Assembly: GCA_038087875.1 (NCBI GenBank) | Contig: CM075985.1 | Coordinates: 21,018,001-21,082,000, forward strand | Length of the DNA stretch: 64,000 nt | Direction: 5' to 3' | Origin: Malacoraja senta | Lineage: Eukaryota | In this document: positions 24,775 through 38,700 of the stretch, one piece after another | How positions within the stretch are numbered: position 1 is the first letter of the stretch | Layout of the letters: each line of letters opens with the position of its first letter | The notes under the pieces: generated by a model | Told to the model about the DNA's origin: nothing | Database searches by the model: none | Seen by the model: the letters and a program-made list of their open reading frames with translations, nothing else | Made by a program: the position numbers and the translations under genes

Positions 24775-25224
24775 CATGCATTCTTAACATGTAAGGTTTA
24801 ACAATACGTTGAAGTTGAGATAGATATTCATTTGGGGTGGAAAAAAAAAAAGAATGGAACACTGACTTGACTACTTTTGCTTCCAAGAACAGAACTGTGA
24901 AGCAGTTGGTTTTTATTTGCTCTTCAAACAATGATTTTGAACCAGTCTCATTTGTCATTATCAATTAGTACCAACTTGTACAATCCAAACATAAAAATGA
25001 AGAATGCAAAAGGAAATGAAAACAGATGACTGACAAGTTTGATCAAATGTGCTGTAAGATCTTTGAATTTTGCTCTGCCCAAATCAGTTTATTACATGTT
25101 AATAAAATAAATTATCAGATATTTAACAAAAAGTGTCTTAAACTTAAGGGGGAAGAAAGAGGATTTAATATATCATCTAAATAAAAGTAAACTACAAGGA
25201 AAATTGCCAAATCAGCAACCTAAC

Positions 25225-25790
25225 CCGGTCCCTTCATAATGAAGTACTGACCAAGATAATGCATCAGCATATTTACTTTCTTTTGATGTCTGCAAAGATT
25301 CAGCATGTGGATAAGGATATTCTCCAATTTTCACAGATGTACTATAGGAAGTATTCTGATGGGGTGCACCACAGCCTGTATGAAAACTGCTCTGTTCTTG
25401 ACTTTCAGAGCCTGCAGAGAGTGGTAAACACAGCTCAGTCCACCAGAGGCTCATCACTTCCTTCCATCCAGTCCATCTTCATGGTGCATGGCAATAGGAA
25501 GGCTGGAAGTATCAGCATTCCTTTCTCTCTCTCTCTTCTAGTTTCAGGAAGACAATGGAGCTTAAAAGCCCAGATGTCCAGAGTTAGGAACAGCTTCTTC
25601 GCCTCTGCTATCACACTTCACTCACACTCCCTTCCCGGAGGTGCTCCATAACCATGTTTTCAACTCTATCTCAATTATTCCATTATTGTTCTTTTATATT
25701 TTTTGCACTGCTTTTCACCGTTTACTCTGGGAGCTTCATATGAACAGGAAAATTAATTTCATCATGGGTGTATACAATGCAATAATACAA
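25225..25790 (+). mobile_element. Decayed Rex-Babar-type LINE fragment
   Basis: NCS..D..SLQRVVNTAQ...GSSLPSI...R.RNSFF..AI motifs in ORF 25259-25651. Confidence 0.65.
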
Positions 25791-26099
25791 ATCAGAACTC
25801 AAAAGATGATTTTAAGCATTGTTCACCATTTGACTCAGGTGGAAAAACTGTGATGCTGCTGATTGTTGGATTGCAACTTAGATTGGTGGTGAAGAATCAA
25901 CACCAAAAATTGTGCTCCAAAGATTTGTTCTAATAATTGCTAGATTCACAAACATAGAAGTCAAATTAATACAATCAAATAGACTACAACTATACAAAAG
26001 GTCAATATGTATCTGAAAAGGAATGAGACAGCTCACATTCTTATGGGAAATTGAGGGAAATCATTCTTAAGAATATTAATGCAAAAACACAATTAGAAA

Positions 26100-26340
26100 A
26101 CAATTCCATGGTAGTGCAAGAGGTGGTCCATAGTACTCCTTAATGAGGTAGGATATAGGTTGTGTAGATCAGTTCAAGAACCTGATGGTTGTAGGAAAGT
26201 AACTGAACCTGGTCGTGTGGGACTACAGGTTTCTGACCCTCCTTCCCGACAGTGGCAGCAAGAGAAGGACATGGTGGGGATCCTTGATCAAGGATGTCAC
26301 CTCCTTGAGGCAGCAACTTAAGTCGATGTTTTCAAAAGGT
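26100..26340 (-). mobile_element. Rex-Babar-type LINE 3' fragment
   Basis: Similar to 53830-54050 (gttcaagaacctgatggttgtaggaaagtaact...). Confidence 0.55.
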
Positions 26341-26869
26341 GTGGAAGATTTAAATTACTAAATTTAATACTAAAAAGAGAGGCAGTGTATCCACAAAGAT
26401 GAAACCGGTTCATGAAATATGCGTTGGATTCAGTTACAAAGTGTTTGTGACAAAAGATAAGTAAAAAGCTTGTTTTAGAACCTCAGCAGTACCTTTATCT
26501 TTCAACAGAATAAAACCTTCCAGCATTGCTCATATTCCGAGAATAAACATATAACTTTAGTAACTATGCTTCTGCAAGAAAAGTTTTAGTAGACTAGTTT
26601 AAATCACACACTGAGTTTCATTCTGAAGGTCTGAAAATCATAGAATATTCAAAGCTTCTACTAAATGGCTGATAGCACAAAAATTCTCTGATGACTAAAG
26701 CACCAATTAGATCATAAAGAAGCAAACAATAAAAAATGAGTAGCTGCTTACGTGGTTTAACAGAAAAAACTCAAAAATCTTCGCAAATGAAGCTCATGCA
26801 AACCCCCTTACAGATATTGTAACAAAACTTTTTTTAAAGAACATCTATCCCAAATCTTTTCCAACTCTT

Positions 26870-27098
26870 TAGTCAGAGGGTGGTGAATCTGTGGAATCCA
26901 TTGCCACAGACGGCTGTGGAGGTCAAGTCAATGGATATTTTTAGGGCGGAGATCTACAGTTTCTTGATTAGTGAGGGTGTCGGGGTTATGGGGCGAAGGC
27001 AGGAGAATGGGGTTGAGAGGGAAAAATATATCAGTCATGATTGAATGGCGGAGTAGACATGATGGGCCAAATGGCTTAATTCTGCTCCTATGAACTAT
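26870..27098 (+). mobile_element. CR1 3'-end fragment
   Basis: FSQRVVNLWN.LP remnant, 3'UTR and a ctatgaactatg tail. Confidence 0.8.
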
Positions 27099-27109
27099 GT
27101 GGAGTGGAA

Positions 27110-27840
27110 ATCATGGTTAAGCTATAAGACAAGGATCATGGAAGTACTGTTTTCTGCAACTTCCTATAAAAAAAACTATTTCATTCATCGAGCTTCTCCA
27201 CCTCCATATCTCCACCATGCTTTCTGGTGGTGACAACTTAGACACAAGATGCCTTCTTTTTCTTGAACCATGTTTTTCTTCCATTATAACCAATACTTTT
27301 TTTCCAACCATCTCTGTCCCAATTCCTGACTTTATGCTCCTTGGTTTCTCTTGTCATTACTGCCACATCACCAACTTCTGCATTCACTGGATCAATCTCC
27401 GTACTTTTCTCTGCCTTCACCATCATTCTACCACAAAATGATTTGCCCCCCATTTAGAAGGGATCATTTTCTACACAACTCCGTAGTTTACTGTTCCATC
27501 TCTAGCAACCTCCCATCTCCTTTGCCTGTATTTCTGCCCTTTCAACGCTTCCATTCCAACTATCTGGGAATAGAAAAATACTCCAGAGGGAAACAGCAAT
27601 TCAGTTGTTTGTCACTTTTAATTCCCCATTCTACTTCCATTGTGTCCTCTCTTTGGGTCTCGTCTTCCAACTAGCTATATCACAATGCACAGGACCAAAT
27701 AATGTCAGATAACTTGTCCATCTCATAATTGAGCATTTTGTTTTGATGAAAGATGACCTGCAACACAAAAAGTGTTTTTATTTCTTCTCCATTGGTGCTA
27801 CCGACATGTTTGAGTACAGTCATTAATCATTTTTATTTAA
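27110..27840 (+). mobile_element. Decayed Penelope-like remnant
   Basis: Pyrimidine-rich body with a PPFRRDH.L-like remnant, ending in a degenerate copy of the terminal repeat seen elsewhere. Confidence 0.4.
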
Positions 27841-28047
27841 CCTGGAATATTTTGCATCACAATATTCAACATTTTTTCTTTCCACTCCTTTTCATTCATT
27901 TTCTACTTGCATTTCTTCCAGACAGATCAATTATGATTAATAAGCTCCGAGCCACCTTCTCTTTCTTGCTCGTGCCATTCGTATCTGTGCCAAGCATGAG
28001 GTGATACAAGCTACGCTCTCCCCTCCATTTAGGCCAGCTAAATTTTT

Positions 28048-29544
28048 CACAACTCTTTAGATTCTGGAGTGGTTCCTGAGGATTGGAGGGTAGCTAATGT
28101 AACCCCACTTTTTAAAAAAGGGAGGGAGAGAGAAAACAGGGAATTACAGACCAGTTAGTCTAACATCGGTAGTGGGGAAAATGCTAGAGTCAGTAATTAA
28201 AGATGGGATAGCAGCACATTTGGAAATTGGTGAAATCATTGGACAAAGTCAGCATGGATTTATGAAAGGTAAATCATGTCTGACGAATCTTATAGAATTT
28301 TTCGAGGATGTAACTAGTAGAGTGGATAAGGGAGAACCAGTGGATGTGTTATATCTGGATTTTCAGAAGGCTTTCGACACGGTCCGACATAAGAGATTAG
28401 TATGCAAACTTAAAGCACATGGTATTGGGGGTTCAGTATTGATGTGGATAGAGAACTGGCTGGCAGACAGGAAGCAAAGAGTAGGAGTAAACGGGTCCTT
28501 TTCAGAATGGCAGGCAGTGACTAGTGGGGTACCGCAAGGCTCAGTGCTGCGACCCCAGCTATTTATAATATATATTAATGACCTGGATGAGGAAATTGAA
28601 TGCAACATCTCCAAATTTGCGGAAGACACGAAGCTGGGGGGCAGTGTTCGCTGTGAGGAGGATGCGAGGAGGCTGCAAGGTGACTTCGATAGGTTGTGTG
28701 AGTGGGCAAATGCATGGTAGATGCAGTATAATGTGGATAAATGTGAGGTTATCCACTTTGGTGGCAAAAACAGGAAAGTAGACTATTATCTGAATGGTGG
28801 CCGATTAGGAAAAGGGGAGATGCAATGAGACCTGGGTGTCATGGTACACCAGTCATTGAAAGTAGGCATGCAGGTGCAGCAGGCAGCGAAGAAAGCGAAT
28901 GGTATGTTAGCATTCATAGCAAAAGGATTTGAGTATAAGAGCAGGGAGGTTCTACTGCAGTTGTACAGGGTCTTGGTGAGACCACACCTGGAATATTGCA
29001 TACAGATTTGGTCTCCTAATCTGAGGAAAGACATTCTTGCCATAGAGGGTGTACAGAGAAGGTTCACCAGACTGATTCCTGGGATGGCAGGACTTTCATA
29101 TGAAGAAAGACTGGATAGACTCGGCTTGTACTCGCTAGAATTTAGAAGATTGTAGGGGGATCTTATAGAAACTTACAAAATTCTTAAGGGGTTGGACAGG
29201 CTAGATGCAGGAAGATTGTTCCCGATGTTGGGGAAGTCCAGAACAAGGGGTCACAGTTTAAGGATAAGGGCGAAGTCTTTTAGGACCGAGATGAGAAAAA
29301 CATTTTTCACACAGAGAGTGGTGAATCTCTGGAATTCTCTGCCACAGAAGGTAGTTGAGGCCAGTTCATTGGCTATATTTAAGAGGGAGTTAGATGTGGC
29401 CCTTGTGGCTAAAGGGATCAGGGGGTATGGAGAGAAGGCAGGTACAGGATACTGAGTTGGATGATCAGCCATGATTATATTGAATGGCGGTGCAGGCTCG
29501 AAGGGCCGAATGGCCTACTCCTGCACCTATTTTCTATGTTTCTA
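28048..29544 (+). mobile_element. 5'-truncated CR1 LINE (~1.5 kb) with RT domain, subfamily B
   Basis: PEDWRVANV, NYRPVSLTS, QHGFMKGKSCLTNL, YLDFQKAFD, GVPQGSVL and KFAEDTKL motifs. A few stops and frameshifts. TTCTATGTTTCTA tail. Confidence 0.95.
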
Positions 29545-31369
29545 AAAGCTCTACAATTTAAGATGGGTTATAAGCTTTAAAAGTTAAAGTTATCAAGTGA
29601 ATTTTATTCTGAAATCTCTAATTGATTCTGTAATCTGTACTTTTTAATAATTAATATAACTTTAAAAAGGCACCACAGTGGTTTGGAGTTATTTTAACTT
29701 TAAGAACTGCTTGTCCTGTTTGATTCAATTTTCCAATTATTCTTAATGTCTCTAGCATTTTGTCGTGATCATTCCAGTCATATTTTTGGGTTAACCACCA
29801 CCTACTTCCTTCTGGCACAGGGAGGATTGCTTAAGACGGGAAATTTTCAGGAAGTTTGCACTCTGTTAATGGTATCCAAGTGTTTTCAAGGTGCAGAGTG
29901 TACTCATCACAAAGTTCAAACGGTAAATGAATAATTTTAAAGTTACGATCTAAAGTAAAATGATTATAAAGAATTTATGTCTGGACTGAACTTTGTGGGA
30001 TGAAGGGTCTGTTCCTGTGCAGTGTTATTTAATGTTTCAACAGCATTTTCTGTTCTTAATGAAACAGAAATGCCGTGTCTGGTGAATGGAAATTGCACAG
30101 TATTTATTGAATGCAAAATATTTATTTTCTCAGCCGTATAAGCAAACATACCCATTAAACAATGTCTCTGTTCATATCATCTGGAATCCATGTCATTGGA
30201 TCTATGGCCGATGGTTTTTCTCCACCTAAACTTCAGTGGTTAAAAAGTTTATAAATTTCCCATTTCTGGTGCATAGATATTTGTTAAATCCCTTTACTCA
30301 CCCCCCCCCAAAGTCATAGGTGGCCTATCAGTATTGAACAAATTAAGATTGAACATGAAGGTAACCAAACATGTTTCCACCCAGCTTTGGAATCAAAGAT
30401 AGGAACCTCATTTAAAATAACATCCACATGCTGACACAAGAAACTGCAGACGCCAAAATCATGTCCAGTTCAGAATGGTTTACACCTGAAAAGTCATCTG
30501 TCCATTCCTTCCAGAGATCCACCTGAACCGCCGAGTTTCTCCTGCACTGTTTAGCTCAACATCCACACGTCAGTGAATTTCGTAGCTTAATATTTTAAAA
30601 TCAAATCGGTTATTGTATTTATCGGTTTATTAGATGTATAACCAAACACTGATCCAATATTTAGCTATTTTACGTTCGCCAGGAAATAAAATTATCCCTC
30701 AATGCTCATTTGATGTTTGATTTCAAATCTTTAATGAGGAATTGGACAACGGATCTGGTTGCTCCTTGGGATTGGAAATCGGTACTTTATGTTTGTCACT
30801 TTACTTTCTGCACTATTTCCATTTGTGCTTCAATAAACAGAAAATGCAAGAAAAACTCAGTAGCCTTTACACCGATGCTGCCAAACCTCTTGAGTATTTT
30901 CTGATTTTGTTTCAGATTTCCAGCACCTGGAATTTTTGGATTGTCATGTATTTCTGCTGAGAGGACAGGCAATCTGACACAGAGCACAAAACAACGCACT
31001 CAATTCTTGAGATATTTTGAACTTTAACGAAACTGCAAAGTGTCCTGTTACTTATGGTCACTAAATTCTCATTACCTTCCATATATAACTTCCCCCTATT
31101 GTTCATTGAGAAAAGGATAGTAGTGCACTTGAGAAAGTCTAATTATGTTTATGTACTGAAAGACCATTAACTAAATTGACAGGAAAGCCACTTCCTTCAT
31201 ACTACTTGGTGGGACATCAGCATACCGCAACACTACCAACATTATTTTATAAGTAGGGTCATTCAGAAAATGAAAATAATTGTGCAAAAATTAAATCTTA
31301 ACAAAAGTTATGGTGTTGCTCACATATCTCAGCATTGTGTCCAAGCAATTGCAAATGTATATTTATATG

Positions 31370-31542
31370 AAGGAAGGAGGAACTGCAGATGCTGGTTTAC
31401 AAAAAAAGAGACAAAGTGCTAGAGTAACTCGTCTCTGGAGACTATGGACAGATGACATTTTGGGTCGGGACCTTTCTTCAATCAATCTAAAAGGTCCAGA
31501 TCCGAAACGTCACCTACCCACGTTCCCTAGAGAAGTTGCCTA
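31370..31542. mobile_element. Penelope-derived inverted terminal-repeat pair
   Basis: ggaactgcagatgctgg...gggtcgggacctttcttca (minus copy) abuts ...ggtccagatccgaaacgtcacc (plus copy). Confidence 0.6.
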
Positions 31543-32389
31543 ATTTGCCATGTTATTTATATCACTTTGTCGCTTATTTATATTTATATTAATCTATTTC
31601 ACACTACATAACCTTCAATGTGGTGGGGCAAAATTTGCACAGCCTGCATTTGACAGGGGGGGACTGTTCAGAAATAGATGCAATTTAAAAACTAAATTAT
31701 ACAACATGCAATATTGTTCCACATATCTATGCTCTATAATGCAAGAACATTTAATTCCCAAGCCGTGAGTATAATTGAAGTCCAGGCAGCAAAACATTCA
31801 TACATAATTTAGATTTCATTCTTTTGCATTTTAGTAATTCGAGACTAGCAAATAGATTTAATAGAAGTAATAACCTTATCTGCATTTGTATTGCTTTAAA
31901 TTTAACAGTGTAACCTTCTAGTTTCACGTGTATAACAACTAACAGATCACAAAGTACAGTTGAACGATTGATTATTCTTTAGACAATAAAGCTAAAAAAA
32001 TAATGATTCTTTGAGTTGCTTGTGGATTCATTGATCGAGCCCTGGAATCACGAGATCCCTTCCTCTGGACCATGCTGCCTCTTCCACTGTGATCCTAAGC
32101 TTTCTTCTGATGGGAGGCTGGCTCCTGGCTCATCAGCACAATGTGGATGAGCATTGTGCAGTGCAGGGCACACAACTGAATGACAAAGAATGATTTTGAT
32201 AGCAAGCAAAGCCCCACACCCATCCTCACCTTCCACAATTTAAGCATTCAACATACCTTTACATTGAAACATGAAAGCTCGCAGGAATTATTAAGAACAT
32301 TTTTTATAATTTTATGCCACTAAAATCATTCACATACATGATGAACACTGCTAAACTAATTGAATTAAATAAAATTTAAAGCAAAAGCC

Positions 32390-33178
32390 TGACCCTCTGC
32401 TTGCCCTGCAGCCATTTTTACTCCATATAACCCACAACTGTGCAGCCAAGTACAAATCCAATTCAATTTACAAATTAACAGACGACACCACCATAGTGGG
32501 CCGGATATCAAATAATGACAAGACGGAGTACAGGAAGGAGATTGAGAACCTCGTAACCAGGTGTCAAGACAACAAACTTTCTCTCAATGTCAGCAAGGCA
32601 AAGGAAGTAATGATGGACTTCAAGAAGCGAAGCGGTACATATATTGATGGCACCGAAGTAGAGATGGTTGAAAGTTTCAAGTTCCTCAGAGTAAAGCATT
32701 TTATCGGGATGCATCACAACATGCAAGACCACAAAAAATTGCAGAGAATTGTGGATGCAGCCCAGATCATCGCACAAACCAATATCCCTTCCATCTATGC
32801 TTCATGCTGCCTTGGCAAAACCACCAGCATAATCAAGGACGAGTCTCACCGCAGTCACTCCCTCTTCTCCCATCAGGCAAGAGGCACAGAAATGTGAACA
32901 TGCATACCTCCAGACTCGGGGACAGTTTATACCCAGCAGTTATCAGGCAAATGAACCATACTATCAACAACTGGAGAGCGGGCCTGAGCTACTATCTACC
33001 TCATTGGAGACCCTTAGACTACCTTTAATCGGACGTTATCTTGCACTAACGTTATTCTCTTTATCATGTATCTCAAAACTGTGGACGGCTTGATTGTAAC
33101 CATGTAGTCTTTCCGCTGACTGGTCAACAAAAAGCTTTTCACAGTACCCGGGTAAACATGACAATACCTAAACTAAGT
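32390..33178 (+). mobile_element. Rex-Babar-type LINE fragment with internal deletions
   Basis: YTHNC.A.Y.SNSIYKLTDDTTIVGRISNND.TEYRKEI...LNVSK.KE...SFKFL. 3' tail ttttcacagtacccgggtaaacatgacaatacctaaactaa. Confidence 0.8.
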
Positions 33179-34027
33179 TTTAATGGGATCACTGAAAGGT
33201 ACCTGACAGATTTCCCAGTCTGTGAACAGGAAAACATGTATAGGCTTGTGCTGTTCCCTTGGACTTCCTGGTGAAGACACCAGTGCAATGGAAGAGTAGC
33301 CTGAAGCACTGACAGCAGAGCCGGTGCCACAGCCATTTTAGGCCCAAGCCAGTGCTAGACCGCAGGACTTTAATGTAGAACCAGAACTAAGCCCATGGCA
33401 ATAAGTTTTTTTTTTAATTCTCCAGGAAAAATGATAAACAATGAAAATAAGTTCTAATGAATTCAGAATTACCAAACAGCCACTTGTAGGGATCCAAATG
33501 CTTTTAACCAAGGGCTGAAGACTGTCGTTAGATAAAACCGCACTGCATGTACCAGGATCTGCTGGTTACTGGTTGGTGAATGGAGAGAAGGGGGACAACT
33601 GATGTGATCATGAAAAGAACAGAAATTGAATTAATTTAGGATTATTGCAAATGGATCCTCGAGGGCAAATGTGAATTAAAAATAGATTTTCCCTCATTCT
33701 TTGCTTGGTACTCAAGAAATACATCAACCAATGTAAATATTGAAAAAAATATTGCTATAACTTATAACTCAGATCATACTAAAGAAATGGAATTGGAATA
33801 GAAAATAAAACCACTAAATGAAAGCTAGAAATAAAGTCATATTAAAATTGATATGGGATGCTTTCAAGTTTCATTTAAATCATAATAGAAAGATAATGCA
33901 TGAGCAAATTCAGTAAGTGTGCTACAACAGTAAATTTACATATTCTGCCTGAAATGATTTTTAAGTAATGTTTTACTTTTGCATAGTATTTATTTCATAA
34001 TTGATCCAAAAACTGCCCAGTGAGTGT

Positions 34028-34242
34028 AGAAAGGAACTGCAGATGCTGATATATAACACTGCTGGATGCAGAGTGCTGGCGCAACTCAGCAGATCAGGCA
34101 GCATCTCTGGAGAAAAAAGATGGATGACGATTTTGGTCGGGACACCTCTTCAAACTCCTTTTTCAGTCTGACTTTCGCCCGACAAGAAACGTCACCCATC
34201 CTTTTTCTCTAGAAATGCTGCCTGATCTGCTGAGTTACTAGC
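34028..34242. mobile_element. Penelope-derived inverted terminal-repeat pair
   Basis: actcagcagatcaggcagcatctctggagaaaaaagatggatgacg ... cgtcacccatcctttttctctagaaatgctgcctgatctgctgagt are imperfect inverted arms of about 50 bp. Confidence 0.7.
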
Positions 34243-35759
34243 TCGTGTGTTATGGCTTATCCAAAACAATTCATTCTTCAGATTGATATTACATTCATTG
34301 TTACGTTTATTTTGAACCTGATTCAAAAAAAAATTACCAATGCATGCATTTACTGGTCAGAACAATTAAATTATGCAACAGCCAAGTCATTAATGAGGTA
34401 AAGCAAAATATTACCGCCCAAACATTCCTACAACTCATAACTAAAATTAAAAGACCTTTTCATTGGTCTATAATTATTTAATTGAAATGTCACTTGTAAA
34501 CCAGAGACAATTACAGCCATTCCCAGTTGCCCAGTAGATCAATAAGAGGGAGCAAACCAAGATTACATTGTAATGGGTTGCATGAATTGAATTAATTGGA
34601 AATAATAAAATCTGTTCTGAAAAAAAATATTGTTCCATTTACAGCTTTTATGAATTAATGTATCTGATGAACATACAGTTTTGAAATTAAACTTAGTGGT
34701 ATACATTTGAAATAACTCAGGAATATGCGCTGTGCCCAACAGTAATGATATTAAATTCTGAAATAGAAACAGAACAGTGGAAGAACTCAAACATCTGTGG
34801 AGGCAAAAAGGTGCAAGTCGATTTTTTGGGATCAGACACTGCATCAAGACTGAGACAGAAGAAGGATTGCTAGTATATAGTGGTGTGTTTGCGTGAAGGG
34901 GGAATGGATGCTAGTAGGTAATTGGTGAAACCAGATGGGTAGGGGATAATGGCCAAATCAAACCAGGTGGGAGAGGTGATGTGTTTGAGACTTTGCTGAT
35001 AGGTATGATTAGATGGGGAGGGGGTGATGGGCATATGGAACCAGGTTGGGAGGGGGTCAGGGGGCTGAACAAAGGGACAGCACTCACTGGAAGGTGTTCC
35101 AGATAGGGGAAGCCGAGTTGGACAGGACTGCTACGTCCAGGCACCACAAGGAGATTGCCATGAGGCAGAAGCTGTAGCTTCTCCCTTTTCCCCATTGACA
35201 CCGTCTGAACCATGCAATGGATCGAGAAAGCTTTGGGCTGATGGGCCGACAAAGCAATGACTCTGTGTAATGGCCTTATGTCCCTTTGGCAAAGAAATCT
35301 TATCCTTAAGTCCTCAATCATATTTTCTATGTGTTGGCCAAGAGGATGTTGGGGGAGGAAGAGGTGGTTCCCAACGTTTCTTTTTGCTTTGATTTAGTTC
35401 TGGTGATTACGTTTGTGAGTGTTGGGAATACAGATCAATGACATTGAATGAGAGCAACAGAAACACCATTCAATGCCCATCAAATTACCATTTGACAAAT
35501 GACAGATTCAAAAACATCAATCGAGTCTTCTTTGCGATGATGAGGCAGAACATATCACTTACATGTGCAGCCATGCTGCTGCAGGAAATCAAGAAATTAA
35601 CTATTACCCTGCTAAATACAAAAGCAAAATCGTGCAGATGTTGGAAATCTAAACTGTTAACCGGAAATGCTATATAAACGAAGCAGGTCACACAAATTTA
35701 TCAAGGGAGATAGAATTATGGTCCAGGTCAATGAAGTTCATCTGAACAGGTTCTCTCAC

Positions 35760-38700
35760 AGATAGAGTCATAGAGTGATACAGTGTGGAAACAGGGCCTT
35801 CGGCCCAACTCGCCCACACCGGCCAACAATGTCCCAGCTACACTAGTCCCACTTGCCTGCGCTTGGTCCATATCCCTCTAAACCTGTCCTATCCATGCAC
35901 GTGTCTGTTTCTTAAACGATGGGATAGTCCCAGCCTCAACTACCTCCTCTGGCAGCTTGTTCTATACACCCACCGCCCTTTGTGTGAAAACGTTACCCCT
36001 CGGTTTCCTATTAAATCTTTTCCCCCTCACCATGAACCTATGTCCTCGATTCCCCTACTCTGGGCAAAAGACTGTGCATCTACCCGATCTATTCCTCTCA
36101 TGATTTTGTATACCTCTATAAGATCTCCCCTCATCCTGCTGCGCTCCATGGACTAGAGCACCAGCCTACTCAACCTCTCCCTATAGTTCACACCTTCTAA
36201 ACCTGGAACCATCCTTGTAAATCTTTTCAGAACCCTTTCGAGCTTGACAATGTCTTTCCTATAACATGGTGCCCAGAACTGAACACAATATTCTAAATGC
36301 GGTCTCACCAACGTCTTATACAACTGCAACATGACCCCCCAACTTCTATACACAATACTCTGACTGATGAAGGCCAAAGTGCCAAAAGCCTTTTTGACCA
36401 CCTTATGTACCTGCGACTAGACCTTCAAGGAATCATGCACCTGTACTCCTAGATCCCTCTGCTCCACAACACAACGCAGAGGCCTACAATTTACTGTGTA
36501 GGTCCTGCCCTTGTTCGACGTCCCAAAATGCAACACCTCACACTTCTCTGTATTAAATTTAAATCAAACATTCCTCCGCCCACCTGGCCAATCGATCCAG
36601 ATCCTGCTGCAATCGTTCACAACCATCTTCACTATCTGCAAAACCACTCACTTTTGTAACATCGGCAAACTTGCTTATCTTGCCCTGTATGTTCTCATCC
36701 AAATCATTGATGTAGATGACAAACAGTAACGGGTCCAGCAACGAACCCCGAGGCACACCACTAGTCACAGGCATCCAGTCTGAGAAGCAACCTTCCACCA
36801 TTGCCCTCTGCTTCCTTCCATGGAGTCAATTTGCTATTCATTCAGCTATCTCTCCTTGGATCCCATGCAATCTAACCTTCCAGAGCAGCCAACCATGCAG
36901 AACCTCGTCGAACGCCTTACTGAAGTCCATGTACACAACATCTACAGCTCTGCCCTCATCAATGTAAAAAAAAAAAACAGCTTTGTGAGACACAACCTCC
37001 CACGTACAAAACCATGCTGACTATCCCTAATCAGCCCTTGCCCATCCAAACGCCTGTATATCCTATCCCTCAGAATACTCTCCAGTAATTTACCAACTCA
37101 GATGTTAAGCTCACCGGCCTATAGTTCCCAGCATTTTCCCTGCAGCCCTTCTTGAAAAGAGGTACAATATTTGCCACCCTCCAGTCTTCCGGCACCTCTC
37201 CTGTATTTAAGGACGACTCGTAAATTTCCTCTCTAGTTTCCCACAATATCCTCAGATATATCAGATCAGGCCCTGGAGATTTGTCTACCTTCAAACACGA
37301 CAGTACCTTCAGTACTTCTTCGACAGTAACCCTGACTGCTCTCAAGACACTTCCAGTGACTGCTCCAAATCCCTCCATCCTACTGTCTTTCTCCTCGGTA
37401 AATACAGAGGAGAAATTCTCATTTAGGACCTTGCCCATTTCCTGTGGCTCCACACAGAGGTGACCGCTTTGATTCCTGAGAGGTCCCACTCTCTCTCTAG
37501 TTACCCCTTTCCCGCTTATGTATTTATAAAGTCTTTTGGGATTGTCCTTAATGCTACCCGCCAGAGCTATCTCCTGGCCCCTTTTTGCCCTTCTGATTTC
37601 CTTTTTTAGTTTACTTAGTTCCAGAAACTCCTCCAGGGATGCACTTGATCCCAGCTGCCCATACCTGTCCCATGCATCCTTCTTGTTTTTGACCAATGCC
37701 TCAATTTCCCTCATCAGCCAAGCGTCCTTACGTTTGCCTGCTTTGCCCTTCACTCTAACGGGGACGTACACATCCTGAGCTTTCTTCAGTACACTTTTAA
37801 AAACATCCCACTTGGCCGATGTTTCTTTCCCCTCTAATAACCTGCTCCAGTCAACTTGAGCGAGACCTCTCATACCCTCAAAGTTGCCCTTACCCCAGTT
37901 GAGCCCTTACCCCAGTTGACCTCGAAAAGATCAACCACACATTTATCTCCTCCCGCCTAGATTACTGCAACTCCATTTACACTGGCATCAGCCAATCTTC
38001 CCTGTCCCGCCTGCAACTGGTCCAAAACACCACAGCTAGACTCCTGACGGGCACCCAAAAAAGGAACCACATCACCCCGATCCTGGCCTCTCTCCACTGG
38101 CTCCCTGTGCGGTTCCGTATATATTTCAAGACCCTCCTCTATGTCTACAAAGCCCTCAATGGGCTTGCACCCACCTACATTAAAAGTCTTCTCACCCACC
38201 ACACCACCTCCAGGTCCCTCAGATCGTCCGACTTGGGGTTGCTGAATGTCCTGCGGTCTAGGCATAAGCTCAGGGGCGACCGTGCCTTTGCGGTTGCAGC
38301 TCCTAGACTGTGGAACAGCATCCCCTTTCCCATCAGAACTGCCCCCTCCATCGACTCCTTTAAGTCTAGACTAAAAACGTATCTGTATTCCCAAGCCTTT
38401 CCTGACGTCCTCTGAGCGAGGGCTATATGTATATATGTATGTAGTTTGTTTGTTTATACTATTCTTATAACAAATGTAAAGCACTTTGGTCAACGAGAGT
38501 TGTTTTTTAAATGTGCTATATAAATAAATGTGACTTGACTTGACTTTAACACATGGACCCTCTCCGTCCCTATCCATATCTATCTTCAACCTAATCGAAC
38601 TGTGGTCACTGGTCCCAAAAGGCTCCTCTATACACACTTCATTAACTTGCACTTCCCAATTTCTGAATATCAAATCGGGCGTTGCCCTCTCACGTGTGGG

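Noticed and set aside
32048-32236. Minus-strand 'VVCPALHN', reminiscent of the Harbinger transposase CCxLHN motif
   Set aside because: A single short motif with no other supportable transposase blocks nearby. It would need an HMM search.
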